Assembly: GCF_026210795.1 (NCBI RefSeq)
Contig: NC_089429.1
Span: forward strand, 4,774,001 to 4,838,000
DNA length: 64,000 bases
Reading direction: 5' to 3'
Source of the DNA: Rhizophagus irregularis
Taxonomy: Eukaryota
How positions within the stretch are numbered: the stretch's first letter is position 1; every line of letters begins with the position of its first letter. Both the position numbers and the translations under genes were made by a program. The notes beneath the pieces are model-generated. The model was given only the letters and a program-made list of their open reading frames with translations. It did not search any database and had not been told where the DNA came from. Shown here one piece after another: positions 13,046 to 26,166 of this stretch.

Positions 13046-14452
13046 ATGACGAGAGGATATTCATTAGAACAAGATTTAAGATTGTTAGTAAATAATCCAA
13101 AGTACAGTGATGTAGAAATTTTATGTGAAGATGAAAAGATATTACACGGTTGTAGAGCAATTTTAGCAGCGAGGTCCGATGTATTTGATAGATTACTTTA
13201 TAATGGAATGAAAGAAAGTTATGAAAAACAAATTTCTTTTCCAAAGATTAAGTCCGCTGGAATGGAAATTATATTAGAATATATTTATACAGGGTCAGTT
13301 AAAGAAGAATCTTTAACAAAAGATAATACTGTTGAAGCTTTTTACGCTGCAGACTATTTTCAATTATCAGACCTTCAAGATTTTATTTTGAAAACAGTTA
13401 AGAATAGTACCAATTTTGCAAAAAATTATTCACCAGAATTACTAACTAAAATTTCGGAAAAAATGCCATTAACAGAAGATAATATTCTTCTTAATTTATT
13501 GGTTGAAGCAGCAGCAAATATTTCATTAAATAATATTGAATTTGGTCGATTGTCTATTACGGGCCTTAAATATCTTTTGTCTTGTACATATGAAAAAGAA
13601 AAACCATTTGTAACTCCAGAATATGAAGTTTTTCGATATAGCGCTATTCTTGCAGCAAAGCAAGTTTCTAATGATGCACATAAAATTCTTATGAAACAAT
13701 TGCCAACATTAGAACAGTTAGCAAATACAAATCCAATCAAGGTAGAAAATAAATTTACTGATCATCAAAAAGTTGCTAAAGAATTAGAAACTTTGGTTAA
13801 ATTTATTGATTTCAGAAGAATTAAACCTCAAATATTAGCCGATATAATTGAACCACTAGAAATTATCCCAGATAAAATAATTTCTAATGTTTATCGATAT
13901 GTAGCGTTATCGAGTAATTTAAATTTAAATAATACTCGTGGAATATCAATTAATGAAATCGGCTATGTTTGGGATAAGTCAGCATGTGGATCAAAATTTA
14001 TCATTGAGGATAATGGAAAAATTGTATATGCACCAAAAGGTTGTGGTTTTCAAAGCGTTAGAGCTAAAATAGCATTAGAAGATAAAGGTATTTTTGAATG
14101 GGATGTTATTATTGAGAAAAATTGTTCTGGATCTTGGGTTGGAGTATGTGCATCAGAAAATATTAATTATGAAGATTGGGCAGGAAACCAACTTACTGGA
14201 TGGGTATTAGGTTCTGGTGGTGCGCTTTATAATCATAATAACTATGTGGGACATTATTGTCCCCCATTTCAAGAAGATGGTGCAAGAATTACGGTTCATT
14301 TAGATATGAATAAAAGAACTTGTGCTTTTACAGTCAATGGTAAAAAGTATGCGGAAGTATCAGAATGGAATAATTTACCATCAAAGCTTTATCCGGTAGT
14401 ATCATTTAATTCTCCCGGTCGCTTTCAAATTTTACCTCATCAAAAAAATTAG
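13046..14452 (+). CDS. BTB/POZ-SPRY protein, 468 aa
   Basis: Intact ORF; positional counterpart of 54677..56083. Confidence 0.92.
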   Translation: MTRGYSLEQDLRLLVNNPKYSDVEILCEDEKILHGCRAILAARSDVFDRLLYNGMKESYEKQISFPKIKSAGMEIILEYIYTGSVKEESLTKDNTVEAFYAADYFQLSDLQDFILKTVKNSTNFAKNYSPELLTKISEKMPLTEDNILLNLLVEAAANISLNNIEFGRLSITGLKYLLSCTYEKEKPFVTPEYEVFRYSAILAAKQVSNDAHKILMKQLPTLEQLANTNPIKVENKFTDHQKVAKELETLVKFIDFRRIKPQILADIIEPLEIIPDKIISNVYRYVALSSNLNLNNTRGISINEIGYVWDKSACGSKFIIEDNGKIVYAPKGCGFQSVRAKIALEDKGIFEWDVIIEKNCSGSWVGVCASENINYEDWAGNQLTGWVLGSGGALYNHNNYVGHYCPPFQEDGARITVHLDMNKRTCAFTVNGKKYAEVSEWNNLPSKLYPVVSFNSPGRFQILPHQKN

Positions 14453-16323
14453 ATTATTGAATATAAGTTTTTGAATATAAATTTTTATTATATAAATTTT
14501 GAGTCATATATAATATGTATACTAAACAAATTATTAAGCCAAGAAAAATAAATTTTTTGATTTTTGTAACTTAAATTTATTTAACCTTTTATTAAGGTTA
14601 CTATGTCAAACTTCTTTAATCCTAGTTGTTGGTAAAAAAAAAATGTGAATATTAAATATAGTATTTGATATAAATAAACCTAATAAATAATTATATTGAA
14701 TTAAATTATTAACTAAAAACGAAATCATGTTAAAGAATTTTTTTCGCGTTTGATTCATGAGAATTTCATAAGATCCAAATTATGTTTTTCTGCAGTAATA
14801 CGATTATTAAATGAAAAACTGAAATATAATATTATTCGGCCGGCGTATTTTAAATGACAAGGCATTACTAGTACTCGTATAGTAATTTGAGATTTATTAA
14901 ACTGAATACTTCTCTTTCGTCACTTTCTTCTAGAAATTTCTCACATTGAAAAAGATATTCTCAATTACTAAGCCGGATGAATTACTATATAAAATTACGT
15001 ACGTGCAGCCTATTAACTTTTTCAAACATTTTGTTCACGAAACGATCGTATTATGGCGTGACGATGATAAGGATTGTGTTATTATTTATTTCATAATATC
15101 AGATGAAAAGATTTTGGCGGAACAATTCCATTTGTGTTGTTGATGATATGTGTTTTATTATTGCGAAAGTGCTTAAGAAACTTGAAGGAAAATAAGTGAA
15201 AATTTTTCTATAAAAAATTTTACCAAAATATTCTTTTCTTTTTCTAAATACTTCAATAATTTTAAAATAAATATTTACATTGATTCGCTTACGTAAATAA
15301 ATCGAAACAAGAATATTCGTACATCATATAGTATCATTATGGATACAGTATGTTACGTTGGTCACCTTGTGTCATTCAATAATTAATATCTTGATATTAT
15401 TTCAAACAGTAAGAAAGAGCAGTCTTGTAATAGTAAAATGCGCGGAAAGATATAAATCATACTCGAGTATAGTTATAATGTACTTATAAAAAACTGTTAT
15501 AACTGATTATATAAAAAAATTGTGCGAATTTACCATTATGCCAAGAAATTGACCTCTTGATATTTCAAATTTTATTAGAAGAAATAAATTTTATTTTAAA
15601 AAAAAATTTATTATATATTTTATGTAAACTATTATGTTAATTAAATATTTACCTTTTACAATATAGCTTCAATTAATTACACTTTTTTTTTATTTTAGTT
15701 AATATTATTCATTTTTTTCTAGCACTTTTTCATTTAGTATTTTTGTATCTTTGATTACAGTATATACCTCTTTATTTATTTTAGTTTATATAATACTTTG
15801 TTTGGACTAAGTAAGTTCTTTTGTAAATGAATAATAATCAATAAAATTATAAATTCTTTAGTTTTAAAAAAAAACAAAAATGTGCAAACTTCCTAAATGG
15901 AATGTTAAAGAATTATGTCCTGTTCATTTCAAAGTTATTTAACGTTATTAATTACAAAAGATTAAAATTTTCAATGACATTTAATTTAATTTATCAAAAC
16001 ATTTCAACATGTCATAATTTTCTTCCTTACTAGTAATTTTTATAAGAACAATTAGATTCGAATAAAATATGTTTTAATAAATATTTCTCTCTTTTTTTTC
16101 AATTTAAGAAAAAAAAATTGTAATTTATTTAAAATTCCATTTCAGAATATAAATACATGTAAAAGTTTTGTTAAAACTTAGGATAAATAAATAATTATGT
16201 ATAACTAAAATTAGCGAATTGAACTAAAAATGGCTATATTCAAAAATGCAATCTTTTAATTAGACAACTTTTTATCATAAATTTTGATAAAAATAAATAA
16301 TAAATTATTTCCAAATGACATAA

Positions 16324-17733
16324 TTAAACATTTTTTTGATGAGGCTGAATTCGAAAGCGACCAGGATAATTTAATGATACTACCGGATAAAGTTTTGACG
16401 GTAAATTATCCCATTCTGATACTTCCCGATACTTTTTACCATTGACCGTAAAAGCACAAGTTCTTTTATTCATATCTAAATGAACCGTAATTCTTGCACC
16501 ATCTTCGTGAAATGGCAGACAATAATAAAATCCACTAGTAGAATTGCAAAGACCACCGGAACCCAATACCCGTCCAGTAGGTTGATTACCTGCAAAGGTT
16601 TCATAATTAAAATTTTTTGATTCACACACTCTAATCCAAGACCATGAACAATTTTTCTCAATAATAATATCCCACTCAAAAGTCCCTTTATTTTCCAATG
16701 CTATTGTACCTCTAACACACTGGTGATCAATGCAATCTTCTTCTGCTTGTACAATTTTCCCATTATCTTCAATAATAAGATTTGATCCGCATGCTTTTTC
16801 ATCCCAAACGTACAACGTTTTTGGTATTCCTCGAGTATCATTTAAATTTGGCATGTTTGACCTTGCTATGTCTCGATAAACATTTAAAATTACTTTAGAA
16901 GGAATAATTTCTAATGGATCAATAACATCGGCTAAAATTTGACCTTTAATTCGCTTGAAATTAATAAATTCAATCAAAGGTTCCAATTCTTTAGCAACAT
17001 TTTGATGATCAGTAATAAATTTATTTTTTATTTGAACTGAATTATCTATTTGCATTTGTTCTATGGTAGGCAATTGTTTCATAAGAGTTGAATATGCATC
17101 ATTAGAAACGTGTTTTGCTGCAAGAATAGCACTATATCGAAAAACTTCATATTCTGGAGTTGCAAATACCATTTCTTTCTCATATGTACAGGATAAAAGA
17201 AATTGAAGACCTGCAATAGACAATCGACCGAATTCAATAGTATTTAATGGAATATTCGCTACCGCTTCAACCAATAAATTAAGTAGAATATTATCTTCTG
17301 TTAATGGCATTTTTCCTGCAAATTTAGATAATAATTCTGGTGAATAATTTTCTGTAGGATTTTTTTCTAATGTATTTTTGAAAACTTTCATAATAAAATT
17401 CTGAAGGTCCGGTAATTGAAAATAGTCAGCAGCGTAAAAAGCTTCAATTATATTATCCTTTGTTAAAGATTCTTCTTTAATTGATCCCGTATAAGTATAT
17501 TCTAATACAATCTCCATTCCAACGGACTTAATTTTTGGAAAAGAAATTTTTTTTTCATAACTTTCCTTCATCCCGTTATAAAGTAATCTATCAAATACTT
17601 CGGATCTTGCAGCTAAAATTGCTCTACAAGCATGTAATTTCTTTTCATCTTCACATAAAATTTCTAAATCGCTATATTTTGGATTATTTATTAATAATCT
17701 TAAATCTTGTTCTAATGAATAACCTCTCGTCAT
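16324..17733 (-). CDS. BTB/POZ-SPRY protein, 469 aa
   Basis: Intact ORF; counterpart of 58043..59449. Some otherwise invariant SPRY residues are changed (WIRV, TGRVLG, CLPF). Confidence 0.88.
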   Translation of the reverse strand: MTRGYSLEQDLRLLINNPKYSDLEILCEDEKKLHACRAILAARSEVFDRLLYNGMKESYEKKISFPKIKSVGMEIVLEYTYTGSIKEESLTKDNIIEAFYAADYFQLPDLQNFIMKVFKNTLEKNPTENYSPELLSKFAGKMPLTEDNILLNLLVEAVANIPLNTIEFGRLSIAGLQFLLSCTYEKEMVFATPEYEVFRYSAILAAKHVSNDAYSTLMKQLPTIEQMQIDNSVQIKNKFITDHQNVAKELEPLIEFINFKRIKGQILADVIDPLEIIPSKVILNVYRDIARSNMPNLNDTRGIPKTLYVWDEKACGSNLIIEDNGKIVQAEEDCIDHQCVRGTIALENKGTFEWDIIIEKNCSWSWIRVCESKNFNYETFAGNQPTGRVLGSGGLCNSTSGFYYCLPFHEDGARITVHLDMNKRTCAFTVNGKKYREVSEWDNLPSKLYPVVSLNYPGRFRIQPHQKNV

Positions 17734-19841
17734 TTTTTAAGAAAGTGTTTAAGAAAAAGAAATATATATTTCAATGATAATATTTTAGGAATTTATTTCA
17801 TTTTATGAACAAAAAAGTATTTGTACTATGTTACACTAGCTTTGCGGAAAAAAAAACGGAAAAAATATTTCCGGTATTAGCTGCGCCTTTATCATTAATG
17901 ACGATCCGAACATAAGAACATAAGGAAGCGCAACATACTGTTTATATAAAGCGACGATTTTATTATCTTTGATACGTTAAGTTTTGTAGATTCATATTAT
18001 ATGAAGAAGCATTAGTAGTAACAATAAAAAAAAAAGAAGGTAAAACATGATTATTTTAAGATATACATTAATACACAGTATAGCTAAAATTTAGTCATAT
18101 CAAGTTCAGTTTGACCTATTTAATGGAATATAAATTCAAGATAAAATCCTAAAGAATAATCTACAGCATAAAAAGCTTCTTATAAGCAATTCATATTCAT
18201 TCTAGAAGATAAAAGAGAAATTCTCTTTTTAATAACTTATTATTCCAAATATCATTTAGTTTTAGGGTTTCATTTTCAGTTTATAGTGGTAACAAATAGG
18301 ATTTTTACAAGTAGCGTACGTGACAGTGATGACATATTATGACATCCTAAGCCTATTAACTGGTTCATTTATGCAAGATACATAAATACAAATTTTAAAT
18401 TATAGTGTACTTTTTATCGTAAATTATTAAGAAATAAGTCAGAATTATGTTTAATAACAATCCATCTTACTAAAGTAAACTTATTGTTCACCTTATATAT
18501 ATGGTAAGCTCAAATTCATCAGATGATTTTTACTTTACAATGAATTTCTATAATGAAGCCGACATCAAATTCATGCACTATCTCCAAATAATGGTCAATA
18601 ATCGTTTACCAAATTTTCAGAATTATAACCAAAACCACTATTAAAATCATCTTAAAATTGTCAATTGCCGAGATAATCAATGATGTTGGACTTCAATTTT
18701 TCTGAAATTCGATAATAATTTATTATTTTTACTTATACTAAATTCTAATTTTTCCAAGTTTGGTAAGTGTTTCATAAATTTGTGTATACTTATATTAGAA
18801 ACTTGATTTACTGCTTCATATTCTTGAATTAAATAAATAATATTGAGAACCTTCAATACAAATTAAAGAGAATAATATCAGAATATTATTTTTTTGCATT
18901 TATCTCGTAAATTTTATATTAATTCTGGTGAATAAAAATTATGATCAGTCGATCACGAGGGAGTTATCACGTACGTTTTGAGTGATATTTTTGCTTACAT
19001 ATATAAATAGACATAAAAGTTACGTTTCCGGTTAAATTTACAATTTTAAATGGCTGATAAAATTAAATTTTCCAACTATCAGCTTGTTATCGTTATGAAT
19101 TATTCTTTTATGTATTACATACACGTGTAATTTTTTTAAAAAAATAGTTATTTAGAATTTTTTTTTTTGCACTACATGAATAATTTTGACCAAAAAAGTC
19201 ATTATATATTCGACAAAATCTATAACTTCATAATAATCGTCATGTTGATCGAGGATTCCTATAATATTATAAAGAAGGATTACGAAATGAAAGTAAAATA
19301 ATAACGGGAAAGTAGGTGCAAGATTAAAGCAAATGAAGAAAAGAATTGTGAGGTTCATAAGAAATTTGAAAATTGAAATCGGACGGATAGAATAAAGAAT
19401 ATTTTTGTTGTTGTTTATGAGTTAATTTATTATAATCTACATATAGTACATTCACTCACATAATTTTATTACGAGAACCTAAAATTTTATTTGCCGAGAG
19501 CTTGAGCCTAATAGGAACTATCAGGAGTTAAAACAAGGCGTGGATCTGCAAAATTTTACGTCTTTAAAAAATTACGCAAATTCACACGGGTATACGGGTG
19601 TACAAAAATAGTGAATAACCTTAATAATAAGAATTTTCGCATTTTTTTTAAAATAAAATTTTACGTATCTTTTTATCAATGAGAATTTATATATGTTTTC
19701 AATAATAAAAACTTTCGCATTTTTTAATAATGAAATTTTTTGCATTTATTTAATAATAAATTTTACATCTTTTCGTTGCATTTCTTTACTAATAAAATTT
19801 ATATTCTATTACAAACAATTATGAATTGAACAGTAAAATAA

Positions 19842-21511
19842 CTACTCAAATAATCTCGCGTCATCATTATCTTCAGAAATTTCTTCAACATTATCATTAT
19901 AATTTGTCATTTCTCTTGATCCTTCCTGAATTTCCGAAATATCACTTTCTTTTGGAAATGTATCTTCATTTAATAATACCTACCAAAATAACAAATTAAT
20001 GATAATTCTGATCATCATTTCTATAGATTTAAATTATAAAACATACCAAGAAAATAGATGATCGTTGCTTAATGGCATCTTCTGTGCATCTTATTTCGTC
20101 ACTATGTGGATTTAAAACAATACAACAGACGGCAAGAGCAAATGAAATTATTGAAGGTGTTAAACAATTTTCTTTGGATTCTTTTGGCATTGCCTTCATA
20201 ATAATTCCATTAATTACGAAAAGTCCAGTATTGTCTACTTTCCACAAATTCGCGTATGCTTCTGTAACACAAGGACTTTTTTTCCAATCAGTAATTTTCG
20301 CACCTGAATTTGTTTTAATTTCTGGAATATTGCATGTTTTAAAAAGTGTAGCTCTTATTTCTTTTGCGAGTATACCTCGACGATTTTTCATCTTGTCGAG
20401 ACACTAGTATATTATCAAATAAACAACAAGATTAATATTCATAAAAATTATTATATTAAAGACTTTAAAAATAAATAACACTTACGATAGGCATAAATTC
20501 AGAGTAAAATCGAGAATCCCAACGATGTCTTCCAATATCATTAATATATCCCTTAGACCCTTTTTCAATATATACCTCAAAATGTTCCTTGAATAATTCT
20601 GGAGTGGGGTATAAGGATTTCTTTGTATTTCTTTAGTAATCGTAACAATACCTTTCTGTTAAAAAAAGTTCAAATGTTGTCAGAAATATTTACAAATCTA
20701 GGACTAAAAACAACATTTACTTTAAAAAAAGCAGGTGATAAGGATTCTTCACGATGTATTTTTAAAAGTATTTGTTTTATATCTTCAAGTCTCTTTTCTT
20801 GTTTCAATTGGTTTTTCCATAAAACTTTATTTTGATTGTTTAATTTTTCAAGAAACTTCATGGGAATTATATAGTATTCTTCCTTTTCACTTTCTATTTA
20901 AGTGGAAAATGTAAACCTTAAAAATATACATTCAAATTTTGGAAGTACGCACCAGTAGTTTTTTTAGCTTTTGGCATTAAATTATCAGTATCATTTTTTC
21001 TATATTTTCTTGGAGTTTCTGATTCATTCTCCTCGGATTCATCACTACTATCTTTTCCCTCCTCATTGGTAACCTTTTCTTTATCAGGAACTTCATTAAG
21101 GGGTTGTTAAAGAAATGAAATTAATATGCAAAAATAATTAGCATTTTTATAGTACACAAATTAATTATATATTTATATATAAAATTGATTTTACCATGAA
21201 TTTGTTGATCGTGAATTTCATGATTTTGAAGACTTTTTTGATAATCATCTTGACTATTTCTTTCAGGATTATCCTGACGAACTTTTCAATAATTGTGAGA
21301 AAGTTTATTACTTAGTTCCACTAGCCACAGTTTTAATAATTCTTTGTTTATTTTGCAGTAAAGAAATTATCATTAATAAAAAATTTTAAATACCATCATT
21401 AAATTGCCTTTGACTTCTAAGACTTCTAAGAGGTACGCGAGTAGTTTGAGTTTTTGAATTGGTTTTTCTTCCCTTTCCTCTTTTTTTACTAGATCTTTCC
21501 ATATCTGCCAT
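19842..21511 (-). pseudogene. Multi-exon accessory gene of the outer transposon (unknown function), probably degraded
   Basis: Starts MADMERSSKKRGKGRK (ATG 21511). Exon MKNRRGILAKEIRATLFK... at 20029-20391, GT-AG introns, acidic tail ending in TAG at 19842. Divergent from the transposase. Confidence 0.55.
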
Positions 21512-23517
21512 GATTATTTTTAATAGTTGTATTGTAAAAAAAGGTTATTAAATGAAAAAGAGAGAATTGAATAGGGATGAAAAGAAGATTTATAACTTAC
21601 TGTATTTATATGATCATGAGTTTATTAATAGCTTACAAATAAGTTTAATTGATGTACTAATAAGTTTAATTGAAGCATATTTTATACGTCATTTTGACCT
21701 CATTTTGCATCTCTGTGTAACCTTAACTTATTTTAATTTGTATACTGTATAATAATTTTATGAATATGATTGCTAAAGTTCACCGGTAGTGATAGTTACC
21801 GTACCAGCATTATAATGTACTTTCGACCAGAATTAAAAAATCTAATAAAATACTGGCCAGCATTACATCATATTGATGACCAACACCACTGGTGATGTTT
21901 GACAATATCCTAATTTTATTATGATACAAATTAATATATATGAATTTCAGTTTAATATTTAATCTATGTACCATTATTAAATGACTGTATTGTATTAAAT
22001 AATTATGATATCATTACTGACAATTATATCATTTATATTATATAATTGCACTATATAGTTATTTCTTCCAGTTATTATTAAATATTTATGTAACATTATA
22101 AAATTATATTTTCAAGTTACTTTTTTAAAATTGGTTCTAATTTCATATACCATGAGTTTACATTGCCCTTTTGAAGGATGTGATCGAAACTTTGCAAAGC
22201 AACAAGCACTATCACAGCATATTCAGCATCAACACTGTTTTGTAGAAAATGAACTAAGTAATACTATAAATGATCATAGTATAAATTTTCTTCATTTTCA
22301 AGAAGAAGAATTATTTAAGAGTTCAGAAATACCTAAGGTGAGTTTAAAAAATGCACTTAATCATAATACAATTGACAATTCATATTAATTACATCATATA
22401 TAATTAAGGAATTAGAAAATGTATCAGAAATACAGGAAATTTTTGATTTTTCCTTATTTCAAGAAATTGACAATACTCAAGAAAATATGGATAATACAAA
22501 AAATGTTGAGGAAATAATAAATATTTCAGATGATGATGATACTGAACTAACTGAAGAGATTATGAATAATCCAAGTGATAATAATGGTAAAGAATTCATG
22601 AATATTTTGGATAATACTGAACTAATTGAAGAAATTATAAATGATATGCACAGGTTGAACAGATGTCATTGTCACAAAATTTGCCTGGAATTTTTCTGGC
22701 AAATTGAGAATTATCCCAGTAAATTGGGTAAATTGTGTTACAATTTTGGGATAATGGAGGACTTACAATTTGGCAAATTTTGTCAAAATGGCAGAATTCC
22801 TACAGAATTCCTAATTCAAATGTTGAGAAATTTTTCAGTAAATTATCATTAAATTGTGGGAAATTTTAGGCAAATTTTTAGTAATGTTATGCAAACGAAG
22901 TGTAAATTGTGGTGAATTTAGTTAAATTTTTAGTAATTTTATGCAAATGTAATGTAAATTGTGGTGAATTTAGTCAAATTTTTAGTAATTTTATGTAAAC
23001 ATAATGCAAATTGTGGTGAATTTAGTTAATGTTATGCAAACGTAATGCAAATTGTGGTGAATTTAGTCAAATTTTTAGTAATTTTATGCAAACGTAATGC
23101 AAATTGTGGTGAATTTAGTCAAATTTTTAGTAATTTTATGCAAACGTAATGTAAATTGTGGTGAATTTTTTGTAATGATACGTAAATTGCAAATTTGAAA
23201 TAAAAATTTTCCATTGTTGCACAATTTACCAGAAAAATTTTGGTAAATTGTGCATTTTTTTGTCAAATTTTGGAAAAATGAACCATTTTACCAAAATTTA
23301 ACTTTCAAATGCTAGAAAAATTTTAACAATTTTAGACAATTGAGTGACAATGGTTTGACAATTTTTGGACAATTGAGTGCAAATGCAATATTTTTAAGAC
23401 AATTTCTGACAATTGAGTAATAATTAAGCAACAATTTTGTGTAATTTTATGCAAATTTTATAACAATTTATTGATTCTAATTTTATTAACAATTTATCTA
23501 ATTATTCAATTATAACG

Positions 23518-26166
23518 TGTAATTAAGTACAATAAAACAAACATCAAAAAAAAAAAAGTTTTGAAGGTTAAATCTTCGAAACTCACCAAGCAAGGAACAA
23601 AAGGACTAATATCTTGTTACAATAACCTACAAAAAAAGAAAACCATTCAGTTAGAATGTTTCTTAAAGATAAAACAGAAGTTTCATAACGAAACATACGA
23701 AACTTACCATTTCGGAAGCCATATCCAATACCTGAACGGAAAGTAATGGCTTTTATTCAACAAAGCTTCCCAGATATCTCCGAACCTACAAAAAAGAAAA
23801 GGAACATTAGTAAACGGTTCCTAATAAAAAAATCAAAAAAAAATTGTTTCGTGATATTTGTCACGAAACTCACCATTTAAACTGAAGTTTCAAAGTTATA
23901 CTTCGAAACCTACACGTTATCAAACCCAAGATCGAAGCTGGAGGGGAGGGAGCTCCAGATCGATCAGACTCCCAAAATCGAAGAACTGCAATCTACAAAA
24001 AAAGAGAGAAACGTTAGAACGTTTCTTAAAAAAATTAATAAAAAAAAAATTAAAGTCTCGCAACGTTTTGTTGTGAAACTTACCAAAGTCAAGTATCCAG
24101 CTTGAACCTACAAAAAAAAATAGAAAAGAAATGTTAAAAAACGTTTCTAATAATAAAAAAACAAAAATAAAACACGGTAAATTTCGTTGCGAAACTTACC
24201 GTTATCACTTTCCAATGATACCCGACTTGGAGACCTACAAGAAAAGAAAAGTAAAAGAAAAGTTAGAATGTTTCTTAATTAAAAAAAAAACAAAATAGAT
24301 TAAGTTTCGCTAAAACGAAACTTACATGTTGACATTTCGGAATTTTAGAGTACTGGAACCTACAAAAAAAAGTTAAAAGAAACGTTAGAACGTTTCTTAA
24401 TTAAAAAAAAACAAAATATATTAAGTTTCGTTAAACGAAACTTACATTTATCCTGGAACAGCACCGGAACCTACAACAAAAAGTAAAAGAAACGTTAGAA
24501 TGTTTCTTAATTAAAAAAAATATATATAATGTTTCGTTAAGCTTGTTAAACGAAACTTACATTTTGCCCGTTTCAGAATCCTGGAGCACCGGAACCTACA
24601 AAAAAGAATAAAGAACGTTAGTATTTAGTAACGTTCCTTTTAAAAATAAAAAAAGAATCGAAGTTTCGAAACGAAACTTCGAAACCTAACCATCCAATAT
24701 CGGAAGGAATCCAGAGTGTATCTACAAAAAAAAAGAAGAAACGTTAGCTAACGTTTCTTAAAAAAAAAATTTAATAAAATTAAATTTCGCAATGCAACGT
24801 TGCGAAACTTACCGGTTCGTTTCGATTCCATCATCCAAACGTCCGGCGTTCCTACAAAAAGAAAAAGGAAACTTAGAAACGTTTCCTTACAAAAAATTAA
24901 AAAAAAAATTAAAAGTTTCAAAGCGAATGCCTCGAAACTTACCCTTTCATTTTCCTAAGTTGAGTACGCCAAAAAAACCTATAAAAAAAAGAATTATTGG
25001 AAACGTTAGTAATGTTTCCTAAAAATAGAAAATTAAACTATTTTTTTAAAAAAGTTTCGAGGCGAACGTCTCGAAACTTACCATTTTGTTTTCCAAGTTG
25101 AATACGCCAAAAATTCTATAAAAAAAAGAAGATATAGGAAACGTTAGAAACGTTTCCTAAAAAATAAAAATTAAAAATTAAAGTTTCGAATCAAAACGAT
25201 TTGAAACTTACCCACTTCCCAAAGTCGAATACCGAAAACCTACACAAAAGAAAATAAAGGATCGTTAAAAACGTTTCTTATAAAAGTAAAAAAAAAAAAT
25301 TTAAAGTTTCGAAGTGAAACGCTTCATAATTCAGTTCGTTTCCCAAAGTCAAAACATCGAAAATCCTACAAAAAAGAAAGAAAGGAAACGTTAGAAACAT
25401 TTCCTTACAACAAAGAATTAAAGAAAAAAAAATTAAATTTAAAAAAGTTTTGAAGCGTTTCGCTTCGAAACTTACCATTGTTTTTCTGAAAGACAGTTCC
25501 GGGAAGGGAAAAGGGAATGGGGAAGGAGTAGAAGAAAAAAGGGAAGGGGAAGGGCGGAGGAAGAGGAAGGAGAGAAGAGGAGAAAAAGAGGGAAGGTGAA
25601 GGTAAAAGAAAGAGGGAAAGGTAAGGTGAAAGAAAGAAAAGAAAGGGGAAGGTAAAGAAAGAGGAAAGGGAAAGGTGAGAGAAAAAAGAAAGGGGAAGGT
25701 GAAAGAAAGAGGGAAGGGAAAGGTGAGAGAAAGAAGAAAGGGGAAGGTGAAAGAAAGAGGGAAGGGGAAGGGCGAAAGAAAGAAGAGGTAAAGGCCGTGA
25801 GAAAAAAAAAATTAAGCTTTTGCTAAAAAAAGCTTAATTTTTTTTTTTCGTTATACCGCAGCTGAAGCTGCGGTAATTATTAAGTAATATCACGTGATGC
25901 ACGTGATATATAATTTTATATAAATAGGGGCTTTCCCCGCCCCAGAATTTTTTTTTTTATTTTAATAATTTTAAATAGATGTATATATATGCTTATATAT
26001 ACATATATATATATCTATTAACTAATACTTTACGAAAAGCCCCTCCTCTGTAAACAGGTAGAGGCCATAAAGTACCTATAGGGGGAGAGCCATTGCTGCT
26101 CCCTCCGCCTGTTTACAGTGACAAAAAGAGGGAGTTTTTAGTAGTAAGGTTTAGTATTAAATTACA
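23518..26166 (-). other. TG..CA-bounded unit (possible solo LTR) carrying a tandem array of ~15 related spliceosomal-type introns and micro-exons
   Basis: Ends TGTAATTAAGTAC / GTATTAAATTACA. The minus strand repeats GTAAGTTTCG donor, CTAAC branch point, poly-T and TAG about every 125 bp from 25475 to ~23530. No clean TSD. Confidence 0.6.
25500..25800. repeat. Polypurine (GA-rich) tract with short degenerate repeats
   Basis: About 300 bp almost entirely G/A on the + strand, with recurring 'gggaaggtgaaagaaagag'. Confidence 0.9.

Noticed and set aside
13900..14452. Diversity-generating retroelement as the source of SPRY variability
   Set aside because: No reverse transcriptase or separate template repeat in the window, and the differences include indels and shared multi-codon tracts rather than an evident adenine-only pattern.
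23518..25475. CRISPR-like repeat/spacer appearance
   Set aside because: The repeats are 85-110 nt, degenerate and carry splice signals. The spacers resemble each other, there are no cas genes, and the context is eukaryotic.
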